Below, piece after piece: positions 40,291-50,993 of a DNA stretch of 64,000 bases. Each line of letters begins with the position of its first letter. Position 1 is the first letter of the stretch. Origin of the DNA: an uncultured Clostridia bacterium (GTDB lineage: Bacteria > Bacillota > Clostridia > TANB77 > CAG-508); contig CANQYM010000005.1 in assembly GCA_947628085.1 (NCBI GenBank), forward strand, positions 3,919 through 67,918, given 5' to 3'. A model generated the notes under the pieces. It did no database searches. It saw only the letters and a list, made by a program, of their open reading frames with translations, and had not been told where the DNA came from. Both the position numbers and the translations under genes were made by a program.

Positions 40291-42001
40291 TTACTATAAT
40301 TGTTTTAAAATTACTGTAAATAACCATTCCAGGTTTACTTCCAGAAAGCTTTTTTACAAACTTAGAATAGCAATAATCAACAGAAACGTTTAATGAATTA
40401 TAAGCTTTACTATTTTCTTTTGCAATGCAAGCACATTTAAATAAAACATTTTCAGGAATTTCATCTAAGTCTAAATTTTCAGGATTTCTCAAAAGCACAT
40501 GACTTCCGTGTATTTTTTGTGTATGAAACCAAACATCATTAGGATTTGCAAGCTTTAAACTTATATGGTCATTTTGAATATTGTTTTTTCCAATATAAAT
40601 TGTAAATCCTTCAAAATTAATTTTTTCAAGTTCCATAGTGTAACTAGTAGATATTTTTTTAGTAGAAATTTTATTTTTTTTGTTAATATTTTTTCTGGTA
40701 GCAATATTTTCAGAAATTTCTTCGTAGACTTCATTTATATCATTAACATTTTTTGCATTGCTTAAATTAAAAACAATGCTTTCAATATAAGTTAATTCTT
40801 TTTCAGCTTCCTTTTTCTGCTCTGTAACAATAGTAAGAGCATTTTTTAATTTATTATATTTTTTAAAATATTTTTCAATATTTTTTTGCACAGAAAAACT
40901 CTTATCTAAAGGTATTGTTATTAAATGATTTTCATCATAATAATTTTCCACTGTAATTTCAGAAAGATTTGAATCTGAGTCTATTTTATAAAGATTTGCA
41001 GTAAGAAGCTCTCCGTACAATCTAAATTTATCTTTTTCTTCACATTCTTTAAGTTTAGAATTTATATTTTCAATTTTTTTATTAACTTTTTTAAGTGCAT
41101 CAGAAACAACTTTAAGCAAGCTATTTCTTGAATTAATAAATAATGCATTTGATTCTTTATTATAATAAAAGTCATCTAAAAAGAAATTTATATTTGTAGA
41201 TGAATTAAATTCACTATTATTTGCCTCTTGATTTAAAACTATCGTATAATCTTTTTCATTTATTAGTTTACAAGAAACATTTAAAGTTCCCATATTTTGT
41301 ATTAATTCATTTATATAATTAAATAAATTTTCTAAATTTGCAGAAGAAAAATCTGAGTCATTTATATTTAATATTTTTAAAGTTTCTTTTACAAAAGGTT
41401 TGCTAAAACCAATAAATTTACTTGTAAGAAGACTGGTTAAAGATTTTGTATTAGATGTGTTTACAAAATTTATGAAGTCATCTTTACTTATGTTTAAAAA
41501 GCTAGTTTTATTTATTGGAGTAAAAACATATTCATGTGCTGGAAGAAGTTCTCTTGTTGTATTATCAAAATGTTTTAATGTGTCAATTATAATGTTATTT
41601 TCATTTGTTAAAATAATATTACTTTGTCTACTCATAATTTCAACAAATAATTTTCTTAAAACTAAATCATTTAAGTCATTATAACATTCAAAATCTATTT
41701 CAACTGTTCTTTCTAAATCGTAGTTAGAAATATTAACAATTTTTCCATTAATTAAATATTTTCTAAGAAGCATACAATAATTGTAGGCATTTTGAGGATT
41801 TGGTTTAGAATGATTTGTTAAAGAAATTCTACAAAATTCTGGATTTGCAGAAATGTTTAAAGCGTAATTTATTCCATTATTATAAAGACCTAAAACAATT
41901 TCATTTTTATTAGGTTCAAAAACTTTATTTACTTTTGCTCCAATAATAGTATTTTTAAGTTCTGTTACAACAGATTTTGTAATGAATCCATCAAAAGCCA
42001 T
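40286..42001 (-). CDS. rqcH: ribosome quality control protein RqcH / FbpA-NFACT family
   Basis: The 571-aa protein has the N-terminal MAFDGFITKSVVTELK…G…VNKVFEP motif typical of Rqc2/NEMF/FbpA, a central coiled coil, and a C-terminal NFACT-R-like region. Confidence 0.8.
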   Translation of the reverse strand: MAFDGFITKSVVTELKNTIIGAKVNKVFEPNKNEIVLGLYNNGINYALNISANPEFCRISLTNHSKPNPQNAYNYCMLLRKYLINGKIVNISNYDLERTVEIDFECYNDLNDLVLRKLFVEIMSRQSNIILTNENNIIIDTLKHFDNTTRELLPAHEYVFTPINKTSFLNISKDDFINFVNTSNTKSLTSLLTSKFIGFSKPFVKETLKILNINDSDFSSANLENLFNYINELIQNMGTLNVSCKLINEKDYTIVLNQEANNSEFNSSTNINFFLDDFYYNKESNALFINSRNSLLKVVSDALKKVNKKIENINSKLKECEEKDKFRLYGELLTANLYKIDSDSNLSEITVENYYDENHLITIPLDKSFSVQKNIEKYFKKYNKLKNALTIVTEQKKEAEKELTYIESIVFNLSNAKNVNDINEVYEEISENIATRKNINKKNKISTKKISTSYTMELEKINFEGFTIYIGKNNIQNDHISLKLANPNDVWFHTQKIHGSHVLLRNPENLDLDEIPENVLFKCACIAKENSKAYNSLNVSVDYCYSKFVKKLSGSKPGMVIYSNFKTIIVK

Positions 42002-42120
42002 TAAAATATCTCCTTATAAATTAATATGTAATATATTATAGCTTTAAGTTAAAAAAGTCAATTATTTAGTGTATTTATATTTTTCAACTAGAATATTTAT
42101 ATTTTTAGCTAATAAGTTTT

Positions 42121-42268
42121 TATCTGATTAAATATATCTTTATTAGTGACTTGGTGTCGCAATCTTCTTTTTTAAAATAAAACAAAAGGAAGATTGCTCC
42201 AATCGCCCTTCGCTTACGCTTCGGTTGGTCGCTTACGCGTCACTTATAAAGATATATTTAATCACATA
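42121..42268. repeat. 148-bp imperfect palindromic element with GC-rich core in the rqcH/pgi divergent intergenic region
   Basis: Terminal inverted repeats GATTAAATATATCTTTAT(T/A)AGTGAC at 42126-42150 and 42239-42263 have 1 mismatch, or about 30 bp with 2. The core is roughly 55% GC in a 27% GC genome and holds an inner 9-bp hairpin GCAATCTTC…GAAGATTGC. A 10-bp direct repeat TCGCTTACGC occurs at 42210-42219 and 42229-42238. Confidence 0.6.
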
Positions 42269-42340
42269 AAAACTATTTAGAAAATTAATATAACTAATAA
42301 AATTTTTGTTAAAAAATTTCACATAAAAAACATATAATTT

Positions 42341-42361
42341 TTGCAAAGCATGTGATATAAT
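42341..42361 (+). promoter_or_regulatory. candidate extended -10 promoter for pgi
   Basis: TGaTATAAT at 42353-42361 has no good -35. It lies about 25 bp upstream of the pgi ORF. Confidence 0.3.
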
Positions 42362-42386
42362 CTCTGTGTAAAAATAGAATTTTTAA

Positions 42387-43727
42387 ATGAAAGGAGAGTA
42401 TGATGAAAAATCATACAAAAATATTATGGTTAGATTTAATTTAGAAAATTCAGGTTTACAAGAAAAGATGATTAATGAATATAGTGGTGAAGTTAGCAAA
42501 ATACATAAAAAACTTCATAAAAATGCAAATGAAGAAACAGAATTTTTAGGATGGATTGAACTTCCAACAAATTATGATAAAACAGAGTTTAATAGAATAA
42601 AAAAAGCCGCTAAAAAAATACAAAAGGATTCAGATGTATTAGTTGTTATAGGAATAGGTGGATCTTATTTAGGAGCTAGAGCAGTTATAGATAGTTTGTC
42701 ACATACTTTTTATAATTCTATGCCAGAAAGAAAAAGAAAGATGCCTCAAATTGTTTATGCTGGAAATAATTTAAGTCCAGTTTATATGAATGATTTATTA
42801 GAATTTGTTTCAGATAAAGATATTTCTATAAATGTAATTTCAAAATCAGGAACTACAACAGAGCCTGCCATTGCATTTAGAATTTTTAGAGAAGTTCTAG
42901 AAACAAAATATGGAGTAGATGAAGCAAGAAAAAGAATTTATGTTACAACAGATAAGCAAAGAGGAGCTTTAAAAACATTATCAAATGAAGAAAAATATGA
43001 AACTTTTGTTATTCCAGATAATATAGGTGGAAGATTTTCAGTTCTTACAGCTGTTGGATTACTTCCAATAGCAGCAGCTGGAATAAATATAGATAAATTA
43101 ATGGAAGGAGCAAGAAAAGCACAAGAAGCTTATTCAGATTCTAATTTAAAGAAAAATGATTGCTATAAATATGCAGTTGCAAGAAATTTACTATATAAAT
43201 CAGGAAAGACAATAGAAATTTTAGCAAACTATGAACCAAAACTTCATTATTTTACAGAATGGTGGAAACAACTTTATGGAGAAAGTGAAGGAAAAGATTT
43301 AAAAGGTATTTTCCCAGCTGGTGTTGATTTAACTACAGACCTACATTCAATGGGACAATATATTCAAGATGGAAAAAGAGATTTAATAGAAACAGTATTA
43401 AAAGTAAAAGAAAATGAATCTGAAATCACTATTCAACCAGATGACCAAAACTTAGATGGTTTAAATTATTTGGCTGGAAAAACTTTAGGATATGTTAATA
43501 ATAAAGCTATGGAAGGAACAGTTCAAGCACATGTTACAGGAAAAGTTCCAAACTTTATGGTACAAATAGACAGATTAGATGAAGAAAATATTGGAGAATT
43601 AATTTATTTCTTTGAAAAAGCTTGTGCAATGTCTGGTTCAATATTAGGAGTAAATCCTTTCAATCAACCAGGTGTAGAAGAATATAAAAAGAATATGTTT
43701 AAACTTCTAAAAAAACCAGGATATTAA
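42387..43727 (+). CDS. pgi: glucose-6-phosphate isomerase
   Basis: The 446-aa protein is a Firmicute-type Pgi with ([15 protein letters not shown]…, [14 protein letters not shown]). The true start may be the ATG at 42426, because a GGAGAG RBS-like sequence lies inside the first codons. Confidence 0.9.
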   Translation: MKGEYDEKSYKNIMVRFNLENSGLQEKMINEYSGEVSKIHKKLHKNANEETEFLGWIELPTNYDKTEFNRIKKAAKKIQKDSDVLVVIGIGGSYLGARAVIDSLSHTFYNSMPERKRKMPQIVYAGNNLSPVYMNDLLEFVSDKDISINVISKSGTTTEPAIAFRIFREVLETKYGVDEARKRIYVTTDKQRGALKTLSNEEKYETFVIPDNIGGRFSVLTAVGLLPIAAAGINIDKLMEGARKAQEAYSDSNLKKNDCYKYAVARNLLYKSGKTIEILANYEPKLHYFTEWWKQLYGESEGKDLKGIFPAGVDLTTDLHSMGQYIQDGKRDLIETVLKVKENESEITIQPDDQNLDGLNYLAGKTLGYVNNKAMEGTVQAHVTGKVPNFMVQIDRLDEENIGELIYFFEKACAMSGSILGVNPFNQPGVEEYKKNMFKLLKKPGY

Positions 43728-43765
43728 TATGAAAAAAGATAATAAAATGTACTAAATTAAAAAAT

Positions 43766-43796
43766 AAAAATAGGCCGTATAGCCTATTTTTTATTT
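43766..43796. terminator. bidirectional terminator between pgi and the convergent minus-strand ORF
   Basis: AAAATAGGC-CGTATA-GCCTATTTTTT. The stem is 9 bp, with a T-run downstream and an A-run upstream. Confidence 0.7.
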
Positions 43797-43802
43797 ATAT
43801 AT

Positions 43803-44261
43803 TTATGTATTTTTAATTTCTTCTTTGTTATCTTTTTTGACTTCTTTAGATTTTTCAGTATTTTCTACTTCTTCTTTTTTTTCTTCTGAAGGTGTAAGAT
43901 TTTGTAATTCTTGCTTAAGAGAAGCAGTTTCACTTGCTAAACTTAAATCATTTAAATTTTCTAAATTATCTAATTTTTTAGATATTAAAGTTAATTTTCT
44001 TAAAACAGCTATTTTCCAATAGCCATCTTGAACTTCTTTACTTGCATTTGAAGTTGCAAGTAATGCAATTGCTAAGAAAATTAAAGTTGAAACAATAATT
44101 ATTATAGGTTTTAAATTATTAGAAAAACGTAGAACGTCTACCATACATGAACTAATTAGAATTCCTAAAATTGCTCCTATAACGCAAAAAACAATCATTA
44201 TAAATGTTTTCTTCACTTTTACAAATAATAAATATCTTCTATAAGCATCTTCATCATACAT
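43803..44261 (-). CDS. hypothetical membrane protein with coiled-coil and K/E-rich C-terminus
   Basis: The 152-aa protein has two N-terminal TM helices followed by a heptad-rich segment and a charged tail. It is flanked by a terminator and a divergent promoter region, and I could not assign a family. Confidence 0.45.
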   Translation of the reverse strand: MYDEDAYRRYLLFVKVKKTFIMIVFCVIGAILGILISSCMVDVLRFSNNLKPIIIIVSTLIFLAIALLATSNASKEVQDGYWKIAVLRKLTLISKKLDNLENLNDLSLASETASLKQELQNLTPSEEKKEEVENTEKSKEVKKDNKEEIKNT

Positions 44262-44415
44262 AATTTTTTCCCCCTATAAAAACTATATTTTGATTATATT
44301 ATTTTAAATTATTTAAGTCAATAAAAGATAAATAAATATTGAAAAAAATACTTTTCCATGATAAAATTTGTTTGTAAAATTTTAAATAATATCCTAGAAA
44401 AACTGGAGAAAATAT

Positions 44416-46465
44416 ATGGTAGATTTAGAAAAAAATATACAATACATAAAAGGAGTAGGACCTAATCGTGCTACTCTTTTAAATAAATTAGGTATTTTTT
44501 CTTTAAAAGACCTTATAACTTATTTCCCACGTGAATATGAAGATAGAGGAAAACCCAAAAAAATTGCTGAAGTTGTAGATGGTGATGAAGCTTTAATTTA
44601 TGCATATCCAGTTGGAAGAGTGAATGAAGTAAGAATTAGAAAAAATCTTATGATAAGTAAATTAATAGTTAGAGATGAAACTGGAAGTATGCTTGTTACT
44701 TGGTATAATAAATCTTATTTAAAAAACATTTTTAAGCCAAATGTAGAATATAAATTTTATGGGAAAATATCTAGAAAATATGGAAGACCAGAAATGCAAG
44801 AGCCTGTATATGAAGAAAAAATTTTTGAAAAAAATACAGGTAAAATAATTCCAATATATCCTCTTACATATAACTTATCTCAAAATGTTATTAGAAAAAT
44901 AATAGAAAGTGGATTAAATGAAGTTAAAGGAAAGCTAGATGAAACTTTACCAGAATACATATTAAAAAAATATAATTTATATGATTATAATACTGCAATT
45001 CATCAAATACATTTTCCAGAAACTTTTGAAAGTTTTAGTTTAGCTAAAAAAAGATTAGTTTTTGAGGAACTTTTTTCTATGCAACTTGCGCTTTTAAGCT
45101 TAAAAAATAAATATGAAATTAAAAAGCAAGGAATTGCATTTAGTAAAGAAGCAAAAATGTCAGAAATAATAGATAAATTGCCATTTAAACTAACAAAAGC
45201 ACAGCTTAGAGTTCTAGAAGAAATAGATAAGGACATGGAAAGTGATAAACCAATGAATAGATTAATGCAAGGAGATGTTGGCTCTGGAAAAACAGTTGTT
45301 GCATTAATTTCTGCATATAAAGCAGTAAAATCAGGTTATCAAGCTGTTATAATGGCACCAACTGCAATACTTGCATCACAACATTTAGAAAGCTTTAATG
45401 AAATTTTAAAAGAAACTGGAATAAGATGCGAGCTTTTAATTAGCGGAATTTCTAAAAAGAAAAAAGAAGATATATTAAAACGATTAGAAGATGGAGAAAT
45501 AGATATTTTAATAGGAACACATGCAGTTTTAGAAGAAAATGTTGTGTTTAAAAATTTGGGATTAGTAGTTACAGATGAGCAACATAGATTTGGAGTTAGA
45601 CAAAGAAGCATAATAGTAGAAAAAGGAACAAATCCAGATGTTTTAGTTATGACAGCAACACCAATTCCAAGGACTTTAGCATTAATTCTATATGGAGATT
45701 TAGACATATCTATTATTGATGAGCTTCCTCCAAACAGAAAAAAGATAGAAACGTATGCTGTTACAAAAGGAATGGAACAAAGGGTAAATAACTTTATTAC
45801 TAAAAATATTGAAGAAGGTAGACAATGCTACATAGTTTGCCCATTAGTAGAAGAAAATGAAGAAATAAATGCAAAATCTGTAATGGAGATTTATGAAAAT
45901 TATAAAAATAATGTTTTTCCACAGTTTAGGGTAGAATATTTGCATGGTAAAATGAGACCAAAAGAAAAAGACGAAATAATGGAAAGATTTAAAAATGGAG
46001 AAATAGACATTTTAGTTTCTACTACTGTTATAGAAGTTGGTGTAAATGTTCCAAATAGCAACATTATGGTTATTCAAAATGCAGAAAGATTTGGGTTAGC
46101 TCAACTTCATCAATTAAGAGGAAGAGTTGGACGTCGGAGAATATCAGTCTTATTGTATTTTAAAATATCAAGGAAATTCACAAATCATAAGAGAAAGAAT
46201 GAAAGTTATTTCAAGCACAAATGATGGATTTGTTATTTCTGAAAAAGACTTAGAACTAAGAGGTTCAGGAGAATTTTTTGGAACAAGGCAACATGGTATA
46301 CCAGAATTTAAAATCGCTAATTTATTTGAAGATGTGGGAATGTTAAAACAGGTTCAAGGCGTTGTGTTAGAAATAATAGACAAAGATCCACTACTTGAAA
46401 AAGAAGAGAATAAATTACTAAAAAAATTAGTTGATGATAAATTTAAAGATAGAATAGAAATATAA
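44416..46465 (+). pseudogene. recG: ATP-dependent DNA helicase RecG, split by +1 frameshift near the C-terminus in this sequence
   Basis: The N-terminal wedge domain (MVDLEKNIQYIKGVGPNRATLLNKLGI) and helicase motifs (GDVGSGKT, DEQHRFG, QLRGRVGR) are present. ORF1 ends …GRVGRRRISV…*. Deleting C46135 (CGT-c-GGA) gives …RGRVGRGEYQSYCILKYQG… and a continuous roughly 682-aa RecG. Confidence 0.85.
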
Positions 46466-46491
46466 TTCACAAATATTTCACTCTATTGTAA

Positions 46492-46520
46492 TTGACAAAC
46501 CCAAACAAAGATAATACAAT
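46492..46520 (+). promoter_or_regulatory. sigma-A type promoter downstream of recG
   Basis: TTGACA, a 17-bp spacer, then TACAAT. It lies 28 bp upstream of the small ORF at 46549. Confidence 0.55.
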
Positions 46521-46548
46521 ATATACGTTAATTTGAAAGAAAAAGAGG

Positions 46549-46746
46549 ATGTTTAAGTTGAGAATATTTTTACTAGTTATAGGAACAGTATCACTTGTTT
46601 TAGGTGTTAAATTTATATATGATGCAAGGCCAATAGTTAAAAAATATTTTAGTTTTGGTGATAAAAATGAAGCTGTTTTTGGTCTTAAATTTTTTGGATT
46701 TTTATTACTAGTATTAGGTACTGTAATAATGTACTTTAATTTTTAA
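46549..46746 (+). CDS. small two-TM membrane protein (hypothetical)
   Basis: The 65-aa protein has an AAGAGG RBS and two hydrophobic helices. Confidence 0.4.
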   Translation: MFKLRIFLLVIGTVSLVLGVKFIYDARPIVKKYFSFGDKNEAVFGLKFFGFLLLVLGTVIMYFNF

Positions 46747-46779
46747 ACATAAACTTATTACTTGAAAGGATGAAAATTT

Positions 46780-48426
46780 ATGATAATAACTTATGAAAAC
46801 AAACAAATAGAAGCTAAAGAAGGAAGCACAATAAGAGATGCTTTAAGAGAAGAAATTGAAAAAAGTACTATAAAAGATATTATAGCTGCTAGATTTAATA
46901 ATTCTATTGAATCTTTAAATGCTCCAATTACAGAAGATGGAAATGTTGAGTTTATCAATAGAACAGATAAAGATGGTAGAATTATTTACATTAGAGGTTT
47001 ACTTTTCTTAATGAGCAAAGCTTTTTCTGAAGTATATCCAGAAGCTTTACTTACTGTAAACTATCAAGTTTCAAATGCAATGTTTGGAACAATTGATAAT
47101 ATGAAAGTCACAGAAGAAATGATTTCTAAAGTAAAACAAAGAATGCAAGAAATAATAGATGCTGACTTACCAATAAGAAAAGTAATGATGACACAAGAAG
47201 AAGCAGAAGAGTTTTATAAAAAAGAGGAAACAATTAAAGGAAGACTTCAAACATCAATAAATAAAGAAAAAGTTTCTTTATATTATTGCGGAAATTATTA
47301 TAATTATTTTTACGGAACAATGCCTATTTCTACTGGATTCGCAAAAATATATGATTTAGTTACATATAGAGATGGATTTTTAGTAAAATATCCTAGTGTT
47401 ACAGAACCAAACATTATAAATCCAAATACAGATACTAGTATAAAATTAGTTTCTGCTATGGATGAATATGATGAAATAAATAAATTAATGAAAATAAATA
47501 CAGTTCATAGATTAAACAGAAAAATAAAATCACCAGGAGGAGAAAAAGAACTAATATTAATTTCAGAGGCATTACATGAAAAGAAAATTGCTGAAATAGC
47601 ACAAAAAATAAAAGATAGAAAAAATGTTAGAATGGTGCTTATTGCAGGTCCATCATCTTCTGGTAAAACTACTTTTGCAACAAAACTTGGAATGAGCTTA
47701 AAAATTAATGGAATAAAGCCAGTAACAATTTCTGTAGATAATTATTTTGTTGAAAGAAAAGATAATCCAAAAGATGAGCAAGGTAATTATGATTTTGAAT
47801 GCATAGAAGCTTTAGACTTAGATTTATTTAATAAACAATTATTAGATTTATTAGCAGGAAGAGAAGTAGACCTTCCAACATTTAATTTTAAAACAGGTCA
47901 AAAAGAATATAAAGGAAATAAATTAAAACTTGCAAGTGACGAAATTTTAATTATAGAAGGAATCCATTGCCTAAACGATAAATTAACAAATTTAATTCCA
48001 AAAGAAAATAAATTTAAAGTTTATATAAGTGACCTAACAGTATTAAACATCGATTACTATAATAGAATTTCTACAACAGATACAAGACTTATAAGAAGAA
48101 TTGTAAGGGATTATAACTTTAGAAATTACACAGCAGAACATACTTTAAAAATGTGGTATTCTGTAAACAGAGGAGAACAAAAAAATATATTCCCATATCA
48201 AGAAGAAGCAGATTGTATGTTTAATTCTTCAATTGTATATGAGCTTGCAGTACTTAAAAAATATGCTTTACCTCTATTAAATGAAATACCTAAAACTTCT
48301 AGAGAATATAGTGAAGCAAGAAGATTAATTACATTACTTAAATATTTTGAAGACATGGACGATAGTTTAATACCAAATAATTCTCTTTTAAGAGAGTTTA
48401 TAGGTGGAAGTATATTCGATTATTAA
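46780..48426 (+). CDS. TGS-domain / uridine-kinase-family P-loop nucleoside kinase-like protein
   Basis: The N-terminus is a TGS-like beta-grasp (MIITYENKQIEAKEGSTIRDAL). There is a Walker A motif (GPSSSGKTTF) and a Udk-like core (DNYF…, …IIEGIHCLND…). Confidence 0.5.
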   Translation: MIITYENKQIEAKEGSTIRDALREEIEKSTIKDIIAARFNNSIESLNAPITEDGNVEFINRTDKDGRIIYIRGLLFLMSKAFSEVYPEALLTVNYQVSNAMFGTIDNMKVTEEMISKVKQRMQEIIDADLPIRKVMMTQEEAEEFYKKEETIKGRLQTSINKEKVSLYYCGNYYNYFYGTMPISTGFAKIYDLVTYRDGFLVKYPSVTEPNIINPNTDTSIKLVSAMDEYDEINKLMKINTVHRLNRKIKSPGGEKELILISEALHEKKIAEIAQKIKDRKNVRMVLIAGPSSSGKTTFATKLGMSLKINGIKPVTISVDNYFVERKDNPKDEQGNYDFECIEALDLDLFNKQLLDLLAGREVDLPTFNFKTGQKEYKGNKLKLASDEILIIEGIHCLNDKLTNLIPKENKFKVYISDLTVLNIDYYNRISTTDTRLIRRIVRDYNFRNYTAEHTLKMWYSVNRGEQKNIFPYQEEADCMFNSSIVYELAVLKKYALPLLNEIPKTSREYSEARRLITLLKYFEDMDDSLIPNNSLLREFIGGSIFDY

Positions 48427-48431
48427 AAGGA

Positions 48432-48749
48432 ATGTATAAAATGTCAAATTTTACAGTTATTGATGAAGAATTTATTTGTGAAAATTGCAAAACGAAAGTT
48501 CCAAAACTAGGATATTCTTGTAGAAATCATTGTCCAGTTTGTTTATATTCTAAGCATGTAGATATAAATCCAGGCGATAGATTAGAAACTTGTCATGGAA
48601 TGCTAGAACCAATAGGAATAGAAACAAATAGCAAAAAAGGATATGTTATAGTTTTTAAATGTAAAAAATGTGGTGCAATTAGAAAAAATAAAGTAGCAGA
48701 AGATGATAATATGGACTTAATTATAAAATTAAGTGTTAATAAAAATTAA
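48432..48749 (+). CDS. RNHCP-domain zinc-ribbon protein
   Basis: The cysteine pattern is CENCKT…CRNHCPVCLYSKH…CKKCG. The protein is 105 aa. Confidence 0.5.
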   Translation: MYKMSNFTVIDEEFICENCKTKVPKLGYSCRNHCPVCLYSKHVDINPGDRLETCHGMLEPIGIETNSKKGYVIVFKCKKCGAIRKNKVAEDDNMDLIIKLSVNKN

Positions 48750-48786
48750 AAACGCAAATGAAAATGAATTTGAAGGGAATTTTTAA

Positions 48787-49263
48787 ATGAAAAAGAATAA
48801 AAAACTTGTAAGGATTTTTCTTTTTATATTAATTGTTTTATGGGCTGTATTTGTATTTAGTCTTTCTAATCAAAATGGGGAAGATTCTTCTGGTTTAAGT
48901 AGAAAAATAGTTGAATTTTTCACTAAAGATGAAAATGTTATAAAAGCAGTTGAACCATATGTAAGAAAAGCAGCTCATTTTAGTGAATATGGTTTAGGAG
49001 GAGTTCTATTTTTACTATTATTTAGTACTTATGAATGGTCAGATAGAAGAATGATTTTCACATCTATACCTCTTGGAACATGGTATGCAATTACAGATGA
49101 AGTTCATCAATTAATGGTAGATCAAAGAAATGGTTCTGTATTTGATGTATATATAGATACGATGGGTTTTGCAACAGGTGTTTTAAGTATGCTTTTAATT
49201 TTAAAAATAATAGAAATTGCAAAAAATAAGAAAAAATCAAAAAATTTAAAAGGAGAAGTTTAA
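48787..49263 (+). CDS. VanZ-family membrane protein
   Basis: The TM helices flank conserved RKAAHFSEYGLGG and DEVHQ motifs. The protein is 158 aa. Confidence 0.65.
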   Translation: MKKNKKLVRIFLFILIVLWAVFVFSLSNQNGEDSSGLSRKIVEFFTKDENVIKAVEPYVRKAAHFSEYGLGGVLFLLLFSTYEWSDRRMIFTSIPLGTWYAITDEVHQLMVDQRNGSVFDVYIDTMGFATGVLSMLLILKIIEIAKNKKKSKNLKGEV

Positions 49264-50969
49264 TGATTGATTTTAAAGAAATCATAGCAGAAAAAATTGC
49301 AAATCAAACAGAACTTAATAAAGAAGAAATTAAACAATATATAGAATTGCCACCAAATACAGATTTGGGAGATTATGCATTTCCTTGTTTTAAACTTGCT
49401 AAAGCTTTAAAAAAATCTCCTCAAATGATAGCAGAAGAATTAAAAGAGAAATTAACATTAGACGAAAACATAACAAAAATTGAAATTGTAGGTGGATATT
49501 TAAATTTCTTCATAAATAAAGTTATTTTATCTAAAGAAGTTCTAGAAGAAATAGAAAACAAAGAAGAAAACTATGGTTCAAATAATAGTGGAGAAAATAA
49601 AACAGTTTTAGTAGAATATTCTTCTCCCAATATTGCAAAGCCATTTCACATAGGTCATTTAAGAAATACAGTAATAGGAGCTTCTTTATATAAAATTTAT
49701 AAATTTTTAGGTTATAACACTGTAGGAATAAATCATTTAGGAGACTATGGAACTCAATTTGGTAAAATGATTGAAGGCTATAAAAGGTGGGAAAAAGAGT
49801 ACGATATAGAAAATAATCCTATAGATGAACTTACAAACATATATGTTAGAATAAATAATCTTTGTAAAGAAGATGAAAGTGTTTTAGAATTATGTAGAGA
49901 TAACTTTAGAAAATTAGAAGAGGGCGACGAATACTGCTTAGAAGTATGGAATAAATTAAAAGATTTAAGTTTAAAAGAATTTCAAAAAACTTATGATTTA
50001 CTTGGAGTAAAATTTGATTCTTTAAAAGGTGAAGCTTTTTATTCAGATAAAATAGATGAAGTAGTAGATAAGCTAGAAGAAAAAGGAATACTACAAGATT
50101 CAGAAGGTGCTAAAATAGTAGATTTAGAAGATAAAGGATTAGGAGTTTGCATAATAAAAAAATCAAATGGCTCTACCATTTATGCAACAAGAGATTTAGC
50201 AGCTATTCTTTATAGAGTTAGAACATATAATTTCGATAAATGTTTATATGTTGTAGCATATGAACAAAATCTTCATTTTAAACAAATTTTTGAAGTTGCA
50301 AAATATTTAGATATTCCAGAAAAATGTTTAAATGGACTAGAACATGTTTCTTATGGAATGGTAAGACTTGTTACTGGAAAAATGTCTACAAGAGAAGGAA
50401 CTGTTATAAAAGTAAATGAGCTATTAGAAGAGGCAATAGAAAGAGCTAAAAAGATTATAGAAGAAAAAAATCCAGAAATGGAAAATAAAGATGAAGAGGC
50501 TAAAAAAATAGGATTAGGAGCAGTTATTTTTAATAATGTTTCTAATACCATAATAAAAGATCAGGTTTTTGATTGGAACACAGTTTTAAATTTCAATGGA
50601 GAAACAGGACCTTATATACAATATATATATGTTAGAACAAAAAGTGTTTTAGAAAAAGTAGATGAAATACCAAATTTAAAAGATATTAACTATGAGCTTT
50701 TGCAAGATAAAGAAAGCCAAAAAGTAATATTTAACTTATACAATTTTGAAAATATTTTAATGCAAGTAGTTCAAAAAAATGAGCCATCACTTTTAGCAAG
50801 ATACTTAATAACTTTAAGTCAAAACTATAGTAATTTCTATAATGAAAATAAAATCATAGATGAAAATAAAGAAGTTCAAAATGCAAGAATAGCACTTACA
50901 AAAGCTGTAAACATCGTTTTAAAACAAGGTGCTAGTCTTCTTGGAATAGAAATGCCAAACAAAATGTAA
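49263..50969 (+). CDS. argS: arginine--tRNA ligase
   Basis: It has the class-I HIGH motif (PFHIGHLRNTVIG) and the ArgS N-terminal Add-1 and anticodon-binding domains. The protein is 568 aa and its start overlaps the upstream stop (TAATG). Confidence 0.9.
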   Translation: MIDFKEIIAEKIANQTELNKEEIKQYIELPPNTDLGDYAFPCFKLAKALKKSPQMIAEELKEKLTLDENITKIEIVGGYLNFFINKVILSKEVLEEIENKEENYGSNNSGENKTVLVEYSSPNIAKPFHIGHLRNTVIGASLYKIYKFLGYNTVGINHLGDYGTQFGKMIEGYKRWEKEYDIENNPIDELTNIYVRINNLCKEDESVLELCRDNFRKLEEGDEYCLEVWNKLKDLSLKEFQKTYDLLGVKFDSLKGEAFYSDKIDEVVDKLEEKGILQDSEGAKIVDLEDKGLGVCIIKKSNGSTIYATRDLAAILYRVRTYNFDKCLYVVAYEQNLHFKQIFEVAKYLDIPEKCLNGLEHVSYGMVRLVTGKMSTREGTVIKVNELLEEAIERAKKIIEEKNPEMENKDEEAKKIGLGAVIFNNVSNTIIKDQVFDWNTVLNFNGETGPYIQYIYVRTKSVLEKVDEIPNLKDINYELLQDKESQKVIFNLYNFENILMQVVQKNEPSLLARYLITLSQNYSNFYNENKIIDENKEVQNARIALTKAVNIVLKQGASLLGIEMPNKM

Positions 50970-50993
50970 AAAGTAAAATAGGAGGTGAAAAAT

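Noticed and set aside
42121-42268. The GC-rich palindromic element as a tRNA or a CRISPR repeat.
   Set aside because: It has no tRNA T-loop or anticodon-stem signatures and does not fold into a cloverleaf. It is single-copy in the window with no spacer-repeat periodicity, so it is not a CRISPR array.
46127-46465. The 112-aa ORF called as a separate gene after recG. The same applies to 35038-35346 after nth, 54589-59691 as an independent NRPS gene, and 60422-61507 as a stand-alone kinase.
   Set aside because: Each is the in-frame continuation of the upstream gene once a single C is removed. Their 'start codons' are internal Met or overlap regions, not true initiation sites.
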